This document shows, piece after piece, positions 12,720-24,414 of a stretch of DNA of 64,000 bases. Position 1 is the first letter of the stretch, and every line of letters starts with the position of its first letter. The translations under genes were made by a program, and so were the position numbers. This DNA comes from Carcharhinus amblyrhynchos (taxonomy: Eukaryota): positions 90,830,001 to 90,894,000 of the forward strand of contig OZ336873.1 in assembly GCA_965287045.1 (NCBI GenBank), given 5' to 3'. Under the pieces are notes generated by a model. That model was given only the letters and a program-made list of their open reading frames with translations. It ran no database searches and was not told where the DNA came from.

Positions 12720-13800
12720 AAATGTTATTCTACGGAATGAGGCCATTCAACCCATTGTGTCTTTGCCAGTCAAAAAAAAACTCCATCACCCACTCTGTGG
12801 TTTACAGGTTACAGAACTTTAGATGCAGATCCAGATGCTTTATAATTCAGTTTAATATTTCAGATTCAACCATCAGCTTAAGCAATAAATTCTGAATGCC
12901 CAAAACCCTTTGGGTGACAAAGATTTCTCTTGAATCCCTCCTAATTCCTCTACCTTAAATGTACATCCCCTGGTAACTGACCCTTCAGCCAGGGAAACCA
13001 AATCTTTCCCATCTAACCTGTATACCTTCCTCATTAGTTTGTACACCTAAATTAGACAAGGGTTCTGCTATTTACAGTATAATTCATACCTAAATTTGAT
13101 CCTCCAAAATGCATCACCTCACATTTGTTTGGATTAAACTCCATGCGCCATTTCAGTGCCCAAGTCTCTAATCTATCTATATCCTGTTGTATCCTGACAA
13201 TCCCTGGCATCATTAGCCACTCCACCAATCTTTGTGTCATCTGCAAATTTACTGATCAGACCCCCCACATTTTCCTCCATATCATTTATAAATACTACAA
13301 AAACAGAGGTCCCAGTACTAATCCCTCCAGCTAATGATCCCCATTCTGAAAAATATCCTTCCACCCCCTACTTTCTGACTCCTGTAACCAAGCCAGTCTG
13401 TATCCATCTAGCCAGCCACTCCAAATCCCCTGCGATTTTAGTTTTTGTATCAGTCTACCAGGTGGGACTTGTCAAATGTCTTTCTAAATTCCATATTCCC
13501 CCATTAATCTGCTTTGTTATCTCTTCAAAAAACTCAATCAAGTTGGTGAGACATGACTTACCCCTTACACAACCATGCCGCCTATCACTAACTAGTCTAT
13601 TTTCTTCCAAATGTGCATATATTCTGTCCCTCGGTATTTTCTACAAAAGCTTCCCCACCACTGATGTCGGGCTCACCAGCCTATAATTTCCTGGATTATC
13701 TCTGCTTCCTTTCTTAAACAAAGGAACAACATTAGCTATTCTGCAGTCCTCTGGAACATCACCTATGGTCAAAGAGGATGCAAAGATATTTGTTAATGCC
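12720..13800 (-). mobile_element. CR1 LINE RT and 3' end fragments
   Basis: VPEDCRIANVVPLFKKGSRDNPGNYRLVS, ISKFADDTKIGG, WRMEFNPNKCEVMHFG. Confidence 0.92.
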
Positions 13801-13899
13801 CCAACCAATACCTTTCCACCCACAGTAACCTCGGACAGATCCCATCCAACCCCACGGACTTGTGTACTTGAACCTTTGTTTCTTTTGCCTTTCAGAGTC

Positions 13900-14170
13900 A
13901 CTCACCCGCTCCCTGCTCTGAATTTGTCCTATGTGAATGGTGCTCAGGTACCCATCCCCTGAAAATCTAACTTAAACCCTTCCCAATAACGCTACCAAAC
14001 CTCCCTGCAAGGATATTTGTCCCAGTCCTGTTCTGGTCTAGACCACCTGGGTTGTACAGATCTCCCCTTCCCCGGAACCGGTTCCCATGTAGCATGACCT
14101 TCTACATGCATTCAACATAGAAAGCATCTACAGCGTTCCTTGCTACCCACGTAACTAATTGTATCTCTCC
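13900..14170 (-). mobile_element. CR1 ORF1 esterase (SGNH-like) fragment
   Basis: GDLYNPGGLDQNRTGTNILAGRFGS, like CR1 ORF1 DGLHLN..GTNILAGRF. Confidence 0.65.
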
Positions 14171-14189
14171 TCAAGTACGCATAGCATCT

Positions 14190-14365
14190 TTGAGGGGAGA
14201 TGGTGAGGTAGTGATAATGTCACTGCACTTGGAATGCAGAGGCCTAAGCTTCAAATCCCATTATGGCAGCCAGTGGAATTTAAATTCAATTAAACAAAAT
14301 CTGGAATATAAAGCTATTCTCAGTAATGAGAACCACAAAACTTTCATTGATTGTCGTATAAACCA
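14190..14365 (+). mobile_element. tRNA-derived SINE 5' fragment (family of 35165 copy)
   Basis: A/B-box head then ggcagccagtggaatttaaattcaatta..ctggaat..gattgtcgtataaacc. Confidence 0.65.
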
Positions 14366-14658
14366 GCCTTTACTATGTTGTACAAGGTCATAGCATTCAA
14401 TGACAGTAATTGGTCAGCCAAAGGACTGCAAAAGGTATCTGTGATGTTTTTCATTAAATTTGTATTTAAAATGTCACAAATGTTTGAAAATTTGAAGCTG
14501 AAGATTTACTAACACATTTATTTTTATTATGTCTTCTGCCAATGCAAAATGGCCACAGAACATGGCCACCAATACCCATTTGCCCATACACACTGATCTA
14601 AGCATGGACAGAAATCCAATGATGTTACTGCAGCCTGGAACTCAGAGTGGTAGAAGAA

Positions 14659-14819
14659 AGAAAGTTTCTTTATTAGTGAGAAGTAGGCTTACACACTGCA
14701 ATGAAGTTACAGTGAAAATCCCCTATTTGTCACACGCAGGTGCCAGTTCAAGTACACTGAGGGAGAACTTAGCATGGCCAATGCATCTAACCTGCACATC
14801 TTTGCACTGTGGGAGGAGA
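14659..14819 (-). mobile_element. V-SINE 3' fragment, tail type A
   Basis: Homologous to 5719-5880. Confidence 0.85.
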
Positions 14820-16433
14820 GGAAAAGATCTGAAGAAAAACTAAAAATCCTTTCCTTTTGGGATATTTTGCTGCGATGTGTTTCTAAATCCTGTCTCACCA
14901 TCCTAGTAATGCAAGCAGATTTCAGATTGCTGTGAGTGTTAGGCAAGGCAATATAGTCCAAAACTCATAGCAACATACAATCCATTCCCATTACTGGTGT
15001 AGTGAGATCGAGATCAGAAACACTCACCAACATGCACAGTATTGGCAGCAAACATAGCTTTTATTTTAATCTAATTTTATAAAGTTATATCGGTTGCTTT
15101 GTTTCAAGCTTTATTCCATTCTTCCCCACAATGTGAAACACTCCTGTTCCTTTCTCATTGCTTCTTTGTGAGCAGACCTGATATCTATATCTCTGAGCCT
15201 GGAAAGTTAGTGTACCTCAACCGAAATTTCTGATGGCTGAATACAGTAAGGCCCATAAATCCATTCAGAGTGTGAGCTGAAAAGCTTATCCTTTCTGTTT
15301 CACAATCATTCAAATATTCACAGTGACTCCGGACTCTGAGTGACAGACTTGACATAGTGGGTATTGCTAACAAATGCTTGGTTATTGGCTTTAGCCCAAA
15401 AGTGTCCAATGTTGTAAAGTGCTGTGGCTTCATTAATATTCTAATGGACATTATTAGCCTCTAGCAAAAGAACATCATGCATTTCATAGATAATCTGTAT
15501 TGACTTGCTTTTGTATCTGCTTAATATAGGAATCTAAACTCAGAATTGTACATTGTGCATGTATATAGCTACGGCGAGTAATGCATAGTGAAGTACTCTC
15601 AGATTTCAACACCAGTTTTGTATTAGATTTTCATTCAGCTAGTCACCTGGCCTATTTAGGCTCGGATGGTTGACCATCCTGTCACTATCAGAGAAACTCA
15701 AAAAAAAGAAATGACTTCAATAAAACAGCATTATTGCAATGCTCGTCACCAGTTTGCTTCAGATGGCTGTTTTAATTTTTGCTAAGCAAAGATGAACAGC
15801 AAACTTTCATTCTTTTTAGTACATATTTGCCCTTGATTGCAGTGTTACATAAATATAACTAAAGCAAACAAATTCAAACAATTCCAAAATAAAGTTCAAT
15901 TCCACCAGCATGAAACAAAGTAACCAGACTGAACATAATTATAAAAATGTAAACTGAAGAAGAATTTAAATAAATATCACTATCGCTAGAAATCAGGGGA
16001 TGAATCTAAATATGTCCTGAAATTAGTCCAAACCCTGCACAGAAAATTTAATACAAAGTATAACACTAACACATTGAGCAAATAAACAGACGACAGAGAA
16101 TTCTGGAGCAGTGGAACAAAATTCATTAAAAAGCATGAGGCAGGAAATCTTATTGGAAAGGCAATGGGAGAGATAATGGGCAGAATTTTTGGAAGCTCAT
16201 AGGGCAGACGCTAAGGTGGGCAGCATATTGGTTTGCCAGAACCATCCCTTAAACCTTTTTCATGAAAATCATGTTGAGCACAGAATAGATTAAATTAAAT
16301 GTTAAAAGGCCAGTTAAAACCATTGATCAAAGGCCAACTAAAATGTTCCAGTTGGCCTGCAATGCAAGAACATAGTAGATGTCCCTCAAGATTTGAGAGT
16401 GCAACTACCACCCTTAATTTGATGATGAGTAAT

Positions 16434-16566
16434 GTCTGTGCTTTATATGCTCTGTCTGAGGCCAGAACTCTCCATTCACCTGACGAAGAGGGAAACCTCG
16501 AAAGCTAGTGAGTCTACTATCAAATAAATCGGTTGGACTTAAACCTGGCGTCGTCAGACTTTTTAC
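16434..16566 (+). mobile_element. Penelope-like pseudo-LTR mini-insertion
   Basis: Homologous to the 3' ends of the Penelope copies at 41399 and 55390; TSD GATGAGT at 16424-16430 and 16567-16573. Confidence 0.82.
16474..16513 (+). ncRNA. Minimal type I hammerhead ribozyme motif with intact core
   Basis: AUUCAC-CUGACGA-A-GAGG(GAAA)CCUC-GAAA-GC-UA-GUGAGU: 6-bp helix I, helix II with GNRA loop, palindromic AGCU helix III, predicted cleavage after A16507. Confidence 0.78.
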
Positions 16567-16874
16567 GATGAGTTATTGGCCAGTTATTGGGCAATCCTGT
16601 AAAAATCACTTAGCTATGACCGGGATCTGCATTTGATGCCAACATCGGGTTCTTGACCCAACACTGAAAATCCTGCCTAATATGTTAAAATGAATGTTTT
16701 CCTTATAAAAGTTTAATTTTGAGGTGACACAATAGTTCAAAAAAAAACTTAATTCAATTATTCTTTGAATTTTCCCTTAAGTCATGCTCCTAGCCCAATC
16801 TTCTCACGTTTTGACCTTGACAACAGTTGGGCAACTCAACTGAGAAGTGTAAAAAAATTGTTTGTTTTTAATGA

Positions 16875-17160
16875 TTCATTGATAGGATGGTCTATGGCAA
16901 GGCCAGCCTAATTGCCCTTCAGATGATGGTGGTGAGCTGCCTTCTTGAATGCCGCTGTCCTTGTTGTGTAAGTAGATTTGCATTGCTGTTAGTGAGGGTG
17001 CTCCAGGATTTTGACCCCAAAAAAATAAATAAATGGCAATATTGTTCCAAGACAGGATAGTTTGTGGCTTGGAGGGGAACTTGCAGATAGTGATGCCAGC
17101 ATCTGCTGCCCTTATCTTTCTGGCTGGTAGACTTTGCAGGTCTGGAAGGTGCTGTCCTTT
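16875..17160 (-). mobile_element. CR1-related (Zenon-like) LINE 3' end
   Basis: QHLPDLQSLPARKIRAADA..TICKFPSK plus shared tail. Confidence 0.8.
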
Positions 17161-17232
17161 TAACATGTTTTGTTCTGCAGGAGTTTGAAGTAATGATCTA
17201 TCTGCACTGAATTGCATTACTCAGCCATACAA

Positions 17233-17238
17233 TTTATT
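17233..17238 (-). other. Candidate polyadenylation signal of P2RY4-like gene
   Basis: AATAAA on the minus strand ~210 nt after the stop codon. Confidence 0.35.
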
Positions 17239-17446
17239 ATCTTTTCATGATTGTCTTTGGTCAATTCAATTGGCAAAGTTTGGTTTGGACCACAACAAGG
17301 CTACTGTGGACTTCAGAGATACCCAGAACTCAATACTCTACATCATAATAGAAACTTTAATTTAGTTCCTGAACAAATCATAGTGAGTCTTTCTGACAGT
17401 CAATGGACAAAAAAGAGGTTTCCTTGATACTTGTGTTTGAGTCAGT

Positions 17447-18589
17447 CTATCTCCGGCTCTGAGTAATAAAGTAGACACTTTGAGTGCCAAACACTGACTG
17501 TCCATTCATTTTGTAGTCCACGTTTGCTGCTGTTTGCCGAACACAACCTTTTCTCATCAGCATCACATGCTTAAGTTTTCTTCGATAATTGTCTCCAGCC
17601 AGGAAGTACAAAATTGGGTCAATGCAGCTGTTGATACTGACCAATGGTCTTGTGATTTTATATGTGAAGTTCACGATATTAAGTGCATGACAGTCCTTGT
17701 CGAATAGCCTGAAGGTGTAGTACAATGTTCTTGTGATGTGGAAAGGTACAAAACACAGGAAAAAGACAATTAACACAATGATGATCAATTTAATCGATTT
17801 CTTTTTGACATTGCGTAAAGATCTGTTGGAACTAGACACAAGGGCTTTATTCAACTTTATGGTCATTAAGCTGTAACAGGAGATAATGATGACGAAAGGT
17901 ATGATGAAGAGAATCACCATGATTGCAGAGCTATATAAAACATATTGGGGGAAATCTTCTCTACGAGTCGTGTCATGACAAAGTATCTCATCACCCCTAT
18001 TGCTTGTTGTGACAAAAAGCAAATTGGGAATGAGGCAGATGATGACTACTACCCAGACCAGCATGCACACTACCCAGGCACGTTTCACTTTAATCCATTT
18101 GAGTGATTGGAAGGGAAAGCACACACCAATGAACCTATGCACACTGATGCAGGTAAGAAAAAGGATGCTGGAGTAGATGTTGGCATAGAAAATGAAGCGG
18201 GTTAACTTACACAGGACCACACCGAATGACCAGTGATTTCGATTGGCATAGTAATATGTGAGGAGTGGCAGAGATAGCACATATAGAAGGTCTGACAGGG
18301 CCAAGTTAAACATATAGGTTATAGTTGCATTCCATGGTCGCATCTTGCACAGAAACATCCACAGTGCAATGGCATTGAGAACAAGGCCCACCACACATAC
18401 AGTTCCATAGGATACTGGCAATAGAATATATTTGAACTCTTCATTGAAATGGCAACTGTATTTGTTGTTGCTAGAACCATTACCAATGTCAGAATTAGTT
18501 TCCAGAGGTGTAGACTCGCTGTATCCAAAGGTTGAGAATATTGGTACAGTAGGGGCCCAATGGTAACTCAATATTATTCTTGCTACCAT
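17447..18589 (-). CDS. P2RY4: P2Y purinoceptor 4-like nucleotide receptor (class A GPCR), ~380 aa, single coding exon
   Basis: Intact 7TM ORF: CHFNEEFKYILLPVSYG, NLALSDLLYVLSLP, FLTCISVHRF, PNLLFVTTSNRG..LCHDTTR, CFVPFHITRTLYY, YKITRPLVSINSCIDPILY, closest by recall to P2RY4 rather than P2RY2 or P2RY6. ATG at 18589 is the first after the splice acceptor. Confidence 0.9.
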   Translation of the reverse strand: MVARIILSYHWAPTVPIFSTFGYSESTPLETNSDIGNGSSNNKYSCHFNEEFKYILLPVSYGTVCVVGLVLNAIALWMFLCKMRPWNATITYMFNLALSDLLYVLSLPLLTYYYANRNHWSFGVVLCKLTRFIFYANIYSSILFLTCISVHRFIGVCFPFQSLKWIKVKRAWVVCMLVWVVVIICLIPNLLFVTTSNRGDEILCHDTTRREDFPQYVLYSSAIMVILFIIPFVIIISCYSLMTIKLNKALVSSSNRSLRNVKKKSIKLIIIVLIVFFLCFVPFHITRTLYYTFRLFDKDCHALNIVNFTYKITRPLVSINSCIDPILYFLAGDNYRRKLKHVMLMRKGCVRQTAANVDYKMNGQSVFGTQSVYFITQSRR

Positions 18590-18604
18590 TTGATACAGTC
18601 CAAC

Positions 18605-18622
18605 CTGGGAAGAGAACAACAA
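18605..18622 (-). other. Splice acceptor of the P2RY4 coding exon
   Basis: Minus strand ttgttgttctcttcccag|GTTGG, 15 nt before the ATG. Confidence 0.75.
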
Positions 18623-19170
18623 ATATTGCTTAGAGAGCCTCATGAAAAATATTTAAAATCTGACCCTTTTAAGCAGTCTCATTGTAAAAATAGTTGTGCT
18701 ACAGCACTGAAGCCCAAAATGTGTGAGTCAATCTTGTAACAGAATTGTGTGTGTCTGACAATTCGCGCAAGTAACGTTGGTAATATTGGTCAATATCAGA
18801 TACATCTTGTCACAGGTGCAGTTTTGCTATACTTCAAAACAAAATAAAAGACTTCCTAGGATCTTCAGAATTTCCTCTACCTGACCTGCATCCAGGCCCA
18901 AGTTGGAGAGAAAATATTGCTCTGACATTTGTTAAATATATGCAACATTTCATTGTGGATTTAATTTTGCTTAGATTCCTGAATTGGGAGATAACCTAAA
19001 TTTTCTTAAGTACAGCTAGTAATGCCAGAGGGGAATATTTGTCATTCTGTTAGGGAAGGTTACTGTAAGCAATCCTTTCAAGAGTTTTGACAGTTGATTC
19101 AATCACTTCAGATATATTTCAGAATATGATAGATCTGGAACAATGACATTTTTTGTGTCCAAATACTCAC

Positions 19171-19668
19171 CTTACTCTTACATCTTCTAAAGCTGCCATA
19201 TGCTGCTTTTACTGCCTCCATATGCATCCAACTATTCAGCTATAGCAGGCACAGCATCCAAGCAGATGCTGCACAATCACTGACACTGGGTTCCCTCACT
19301 TGGAGGACAAGGCGGCACACAATAGAAGGGGGCAGAGCAGATCCAGAGAGACGAGTGCAACTGCACCCCCTGAGCCCTACCTTCCCACCATACCAGGCCA
19401 CATCCTGGTAAACCTCCTTTGCACCCTTTCCAATGCCTCCACATCTTTCTTATAATGCGGCGACCAAAACGTACACAATACTCCAAGTGCGGCTGCACCA
19501 GAGTTTTGTACAGTTGTAACATGACCTCACGGCTCCGAAATTCAATCCCTCTACCAATAAAAGCTAACACGCATACGCCTTCTTAACAACCTTATCAACC
19601 TGGGTGCCAACTTTCAGGGAGTTGAACAAGAAACTAGCTGTGATAGGACTCCCAGCATCCAAAAATCA
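19171..19668 (-). other. Candidate non-coding 5'UTR exon of P2RY4 containing a recent insertion
   Basis: Acceptor aattttaatgttctcag at 19669-19685; consensus donor AAG|GTGAGT at 19173-19165. Confidence 0.35.
19379..19621 (-). repeat. Exact 243-bp duplicate of CR1 segment 20888-21130
   Basis: Base-for-base identical by eye, including private frameshifting deletions. Confidence 0.92.
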
Positions 19669-19887
19669 CTGAGAACATTAAAATTGACAGCACCTTCCTT
19701 CCTTATGTCACTTCCCAAATCCCAGCCCATACTTAATATGTCATCTGACATGATGAATAAGCTGTTGCTGATGTAATTGGTAATCACTTGCTTCCCACCC
19801 AGTCAATCTTTCCTCACACCAACATTCCCTTCCCATTTTATTTCTTATTTTAAAACATCTGACCACCGATCTGATGCTTATAGCTGC

Positions 19888-21297
19888 ATAGAACATAACA
19901 GCGCGGTACAGGCCCTTCGGCCCTCGATGTTGCGCCGACCAGTGGAACGAATCTAATGATCCTCTAACCTAAACTATTCCAATGTTATCCATATGCCTAT
20001 CCACTGACCATTTGAATGCCCTTAAAGTTGGTGAGTCCACAACTGCTGCAGGCAGGGCATTCCACGCCATTACTACCCTCTGAGTAAAGGACCTACCTCT
20101 GACATCCGTCCTATAACTACCACCCCTTAATTTTAAACTATGTCCCCTCGTGTTAGCCGTCACCATCAAAGGATCCAATCCTTTGATCATCTTAAGAACA
20201 TAAGAAATAGGAGCAGGAGTAGGCCATCTAGCCCTTCGAGCCTGCCCCGCCATTCAATAAGATCATGGCTGATCTGTCGTGGCTCAGTTCCACTTTCCCG
20301 CCCTCTCCCCATAACCCTTAATCCCTTCTCTTATCAAAAACCCATCAACCCGCTTCTTAAAAATATTTAGCGAGGCAGCCTCCACCACTTCAACGGGCAG
20401 AGAATTCCAGAGATTCACCACCCTTTGAGTGAAGAAGTTCCTCCTCAACTCCGTTCTAAACCGCCTCCCCTTTATCTTGAGGCTGTGCCCCCTAGTCCTA
20501 CTGTCTTTTTTGAGCGGGAAGAGTCTCTCCACCTCTATCCTATCCATCCCATTCATCATCTTATACGTCTCAATGAGATCTCCCCTCATTCTTCTAAACT
20601 CTAACGAGTACAAGCCTAGTTTATTCAGCCTCTCCTCATAGCTCAATCCCCTCAACTCCGGTATCAGCCTAGTAAACCTCCTCTGCACTCCCTCCAGGGC
20701 CAAAATATCCTTGTGCAGGTGCGGCGCCCAAAACTGCACACAGTACTCCAGCTGCGGCCTCACCAATGCCCTATACAGCTGCAGCAAGACCTCCCTACTT
20801 TTATATTCAATCCCCCTCGCTTAGGTCACCTCGTAATCTTCTTCTCTAATGAAAATAACATCAGGTCCCTCTGCCTTTCCTCATAAGACCTTCCCACCAT
20901 ACCAGGCCACATCCTGGTAAACCTCCTTTGCACCCTTTCCAATGCCTCCACATCTTTCTTATAATGCGGCGACCAAAACGTACACAATACTCCAAGTGCG
21001 GCTGCACCAGAGTTTTGTACAGTTGTAACATGACCTCACGGCTCCGAAATTCAATCCCTCTACCAATAAAAGCTAACACGCATACGCCTTCTTAACAACC
21101 TTATCAACCTGGGTGCCAACTTTCAGGGAGCTATGCACATGTACCCCGAGATCTCTCTGCTCGTCAACACTACTAAGAGTCCTTCCATTAGCCCTATATT
21201 CTGTACTCCTGTTACTCTTACCAAAGTGAATCACCTCACACTTTTCCATATTAAACTTCGTTTGCCACCTCTCGGCCCAGCTCTGCAGCTTATCTCT
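19888..21297 (-). mobile_element. CR1 LINE 3' part, interrupted by another CR1
   Basis: Tail plus RGHSLKLRGGSYRTDVRGR; resumes at 20821 with LYKTLVQPHLEYCV. Confidence 0.9.
20193..20820 (-). mobile_element. Young 5'-truncated CR1 LINE (second family) nested in CR1
   Basis: Uninterrupted 167-aa ORF2 C-terminus (LYRALVRPQLEYCVQFWAP..FFTQRVVNLWNSLP), CpGs retained, tail ttcttatgttctta. Confidence 0.93.
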
Positions 21298-21314
21298 GAC
21301 AACTTAGATACCAG

Positions 21315-21700
21315 CTAGTCGTTGATTGAAACCTTTAAAATCCTGAGGGATACTGACAAGGCAGAATTGGAGTGGCTGTTTTCTCTTGCCAGTGAATCTG
21401 GAACTAGTCACTGTTCAAAAATGAGGGGTCACTCATTTAAGACAGAGGCGAGAAGTTTTTTCTCTCAGATGGTCATGTGAACACCCTGGAACACTTTTCC
21501 TCAAAAGGCAGTGGAAGCCAAAATTTTGAATATTTTTAGGGCAGAGCTAGCTAGATTCTTGATTAATAAGCGGGTGAAAGGTTATCGGGGGTAGACAGGA
21601 ATGTGGGGTTGAAGTTACAAACAGATCAGCCATGATCTTATTGGATGGTGGAGCAGGCTCCAGAGATGAAGTCTACCACTGCTCCTAATTCAAACATTTG
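21315..21700 (+). mobile_element. Older CR1 3' end
   Basis: LIETFKILR and a tail with atcagccatgatcttatt..ggagcaggctc. Confidence 0.8.
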
Positions 21701-22529
21701 CATATTTGTAAATATGCAGCAATATAAAAACGAAGCTCATTCTAAAAATACAAAATATATCTATGGTCTTAGTTCACTTTCTAAATCTACTTTCCAATAT
21801 TTTGTATTGAGAAGGCAAAAGAAACAATGCTGAAAAATTAACAGCATGTGAACCCTCTTTAATTTGAAAATCTGCCCATGTCTGTGGCAAGGAAGAGTTA
21901 GCACATGAATTGCAAATTACCACAAATTGCTGGCCAATTTGCACTACTTCACTATCACGAAAACAACAGCTTGTCCTTAATCTCCCCATGATTTTTATGA
22001 AGTACTTGCATCTACAAATTAGTTGCCCATTAAACATGCCACAGGAAGTTAAGTTTCGTAAATAATAGCAGTTCTTTTTTAACAACATAATAATTTTTAA
22101 TGACTGCCAATCAAAAGTTATTGCTCAGAAAGTGAACAAGATGAGTGTTTTAAATTTAAATAAAGGCAATTGTAAGGGAATGAAAGCACAGCTCATTAAA
22201 GTGAACTGGCAAATGAGGTTAAGGGATAGATCAGTAGGATTTGGTGGCAGACATTTAAGCAAAGATTTCAGAATACTCAGAATAGATTCATTCCAGCAAG
22301 AACAAAAAACTCCAAAAGGAGGGCCCGCCATCCATGGTTACCTAAAAAAGCTAAAGACAATATCAAATTGCAAGAGAAAGCATACAATTGTGTAATGGTG
22401 GGTGGCTGGTCAGAAGATTAGACAGAATATAAAAAACAGCAAAGAGTAACTGAGCATTGAGAAGGAGGAATAAACTAGATTACGAAAGAAAGGTAGCCAG
22501 AAGTATAAGGACAGATAATACCTGTTTAT

Positions 22530-22725
22530 ATTGATGAAATCTTGCTTCTGATCACACATGGCCCCACCGATCGTGCCCCATGCAGTGGGCTGCCCAGCAG
22601 CAAGGGATGCGTTCAATGGGAAACCCCATTGCCAACAGTGGGAACTTATGGCCTTGCCACCAGCGAGCAGTGCACTACTCCCACCGCCACGAAACATGCC
22701 ACAGATTGGGAGGAAAATCCCGTCC
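22530..22725. mobile_element. Harbinger-type MITE
   Basis: Right TIR ggaaaatcccgtcc; internal similarity to the 24810 and 52034 copies; interrupts CR1. Confidence 0.55.
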
Positions 22726-23285
22726 TATAGATATTTAAAAATGAAAGAATGAACAAATGGGTCCTATGGAAATGAAATTTGGGGAATGAGTAAGAGAAGA
22801 TAAAGAGAAGGCAAATGAATTGAACAGGTATTTTGCATCTGTCTTCACTTTAGAGGATACAAGTAAATTCCTAGAAATGGCTGTATAATGGGATGTGGAA
22901 GGGAGGGAGGAACTAAAGAAAATGACAATCATCGGGAAAGTGGTACTGAGCAAATCTCTGAATTGTAGGCGGACAAGTCCTCTGGTCCCCTTGGACTTCA
23001 TCCTTGGGTCTTAAAAGAACTAGTTTGATGAGATAGTTGATGCATTGGTTTTAGTTTTCCAAAATGCTCAGTGAGAGAAGGTTCCATTAGATTGGAAAAT
23101 AGCAAATGCATCTCCCTCATTCAATAAGAGAAGGAAACAGAAAGCAGGAAACTATAGGCCAGTTAGCTTTACAACTTTCATGGAAGAAATGTTAGGAGCT
23201 ATTAATAAAGGTATTATAGCAGGGCACTTGGAAAAGTTCAAGTTATTCAGGCAGAATCAACATGGTTTTGTGAAATAAAAATCAT

Positions 23286-23422
23286 AGGCGGAATTTTCCT
23301 ATCATGCCCACCACATGAATCGTAGCAGGTAAGACAGAAAATTCAATGGGCCATTTAAAGGTCTGTTGACCTCAGGCAGGAATTTCTTGCCTTGAGGTGT
23401 GCACATCTGGAAAATCCCACCC
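23286..23422. mobile_element. Harbinger-type MITE
   Basis: TIRs AGGCGGAATTTTCC / GGAAAATCCCACCC; flanks cat/tat; removal restores CR1 aaatcatgttta. Confidence 0.7.
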
Positions 23423-23456
23423 TATGTTTAAATAATTCATTGGAGTTAATTATAAA

Positions 23457-23623
23457 ATTATAGAATCCCTACAGTGCAGAAGGAGGCTATTCGGCCCATC
23501 AAGTCTGCATCAACCACAATCCCACCCAGTCCCTATCCCCATTACCCTGTGCATTTACCCTAGATAGTCTTCCTGTCACTAAGGGCAATTTAGCACAGCC
23601 AACCACCTAACCACACATCTTGG
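23457..23623 (-). mobile_element. V-SINE 3' half, CR1-type tail B
   Basis: Reverse complement of ..gatgggccgaatagcctccttctgcactgtagggattcta. Confidence 0.85.
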
Positions 23624-24098
23624 AAGTTCTTTGAAGAAATAACATGTTTTGTGGATAAAGTGGAACCAGTGGATGTACTTTACTTACATTTCCAGAAGGC
23701 ATTTGATTAGATATCACTTCAAAGTTTATAGCAGAAAATAAAGGCTCATTGCATAGCGGGTAACATATTGGTTAGCTAACAGCAAACTGAGAGTTGACAT
23801 AAATATATCATTTCCTTGTTGGCAAGATGTAACATGTGGCATGCCACAGGGATCAGTGCCAGGCCTCAACTTTTTTACAGTAGTAAGTGACTTGGATGAA
23901 GGATTTGAAATGATGGTTGCTAAATTTGCTGGCAACACAAAGATATGTAGGGAAGAAAGCTGTGAAGAGCTCATAAAGAGGCTACAAAGGGATATAGGTA
24001 GGTTAAGTGAGTGGGCAAAGATCTGGCAAAATGTAGTATATTGTGGGAAAATGTGAAAACGTACATTTTGGCAAGAAGAATAAAACATATTTTATTTA

Positions 24099-24414
24099 AA
24101 TCATAGAATCCCAACAGTACAGAAGGAGACCATTCAGCCCATTGAGCCTACACTGACAACAATCCCACCTAGCGCCTATCTCCGTAACCCTACATACTTA
24201 CCATGCTATTCCCGATTATAGGACAATTTAGCATGGCCAATCAACCTAAGCTGCATATCTTTGGAGTGTGGGAGGGAACCAGAGCATCCAAAGGAAACCC
24301 ATGCAGATACAAGCAGAACATGTAAACTCCACACAGTCACTCGAGGCCGGAATTGAACCCAGGTCCCTGGCTCTGTGAGGCTGCAATGCTAACCACTGTG
24401 CCACCATACCACCC
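24099..24414 (-). mobile_element. HE1-like V-SINE, tail type B
   Basis: Full head, V-domain and CR1-like tail. Confidence 0.9.

Larger units (their letters stand above)
16178..16678. mobile_element. PIF/Harbinger-type MITE hosting a Penelope mini-insert
   Basis: TIRs GGGCAGAATTTT / AAAATCCTGCCT and 3-bp TSD AAT on both sides. Confidence 0.7.

Noticed and set aside
15015-15035. Minus-strand donor-like TG|GTGAGT downstream of P2RY4
   Set aside because: No supporting acceptor, ORF or promoter; such hexamers occur by chance
18590-18643. Longer 398-aa start MRLSKQ.. for the GPCR
   Set aside because: The extension runs through a polypyrimidine tract and AG acceptor at 18605-18622, so the upstream ATG is probably intronic
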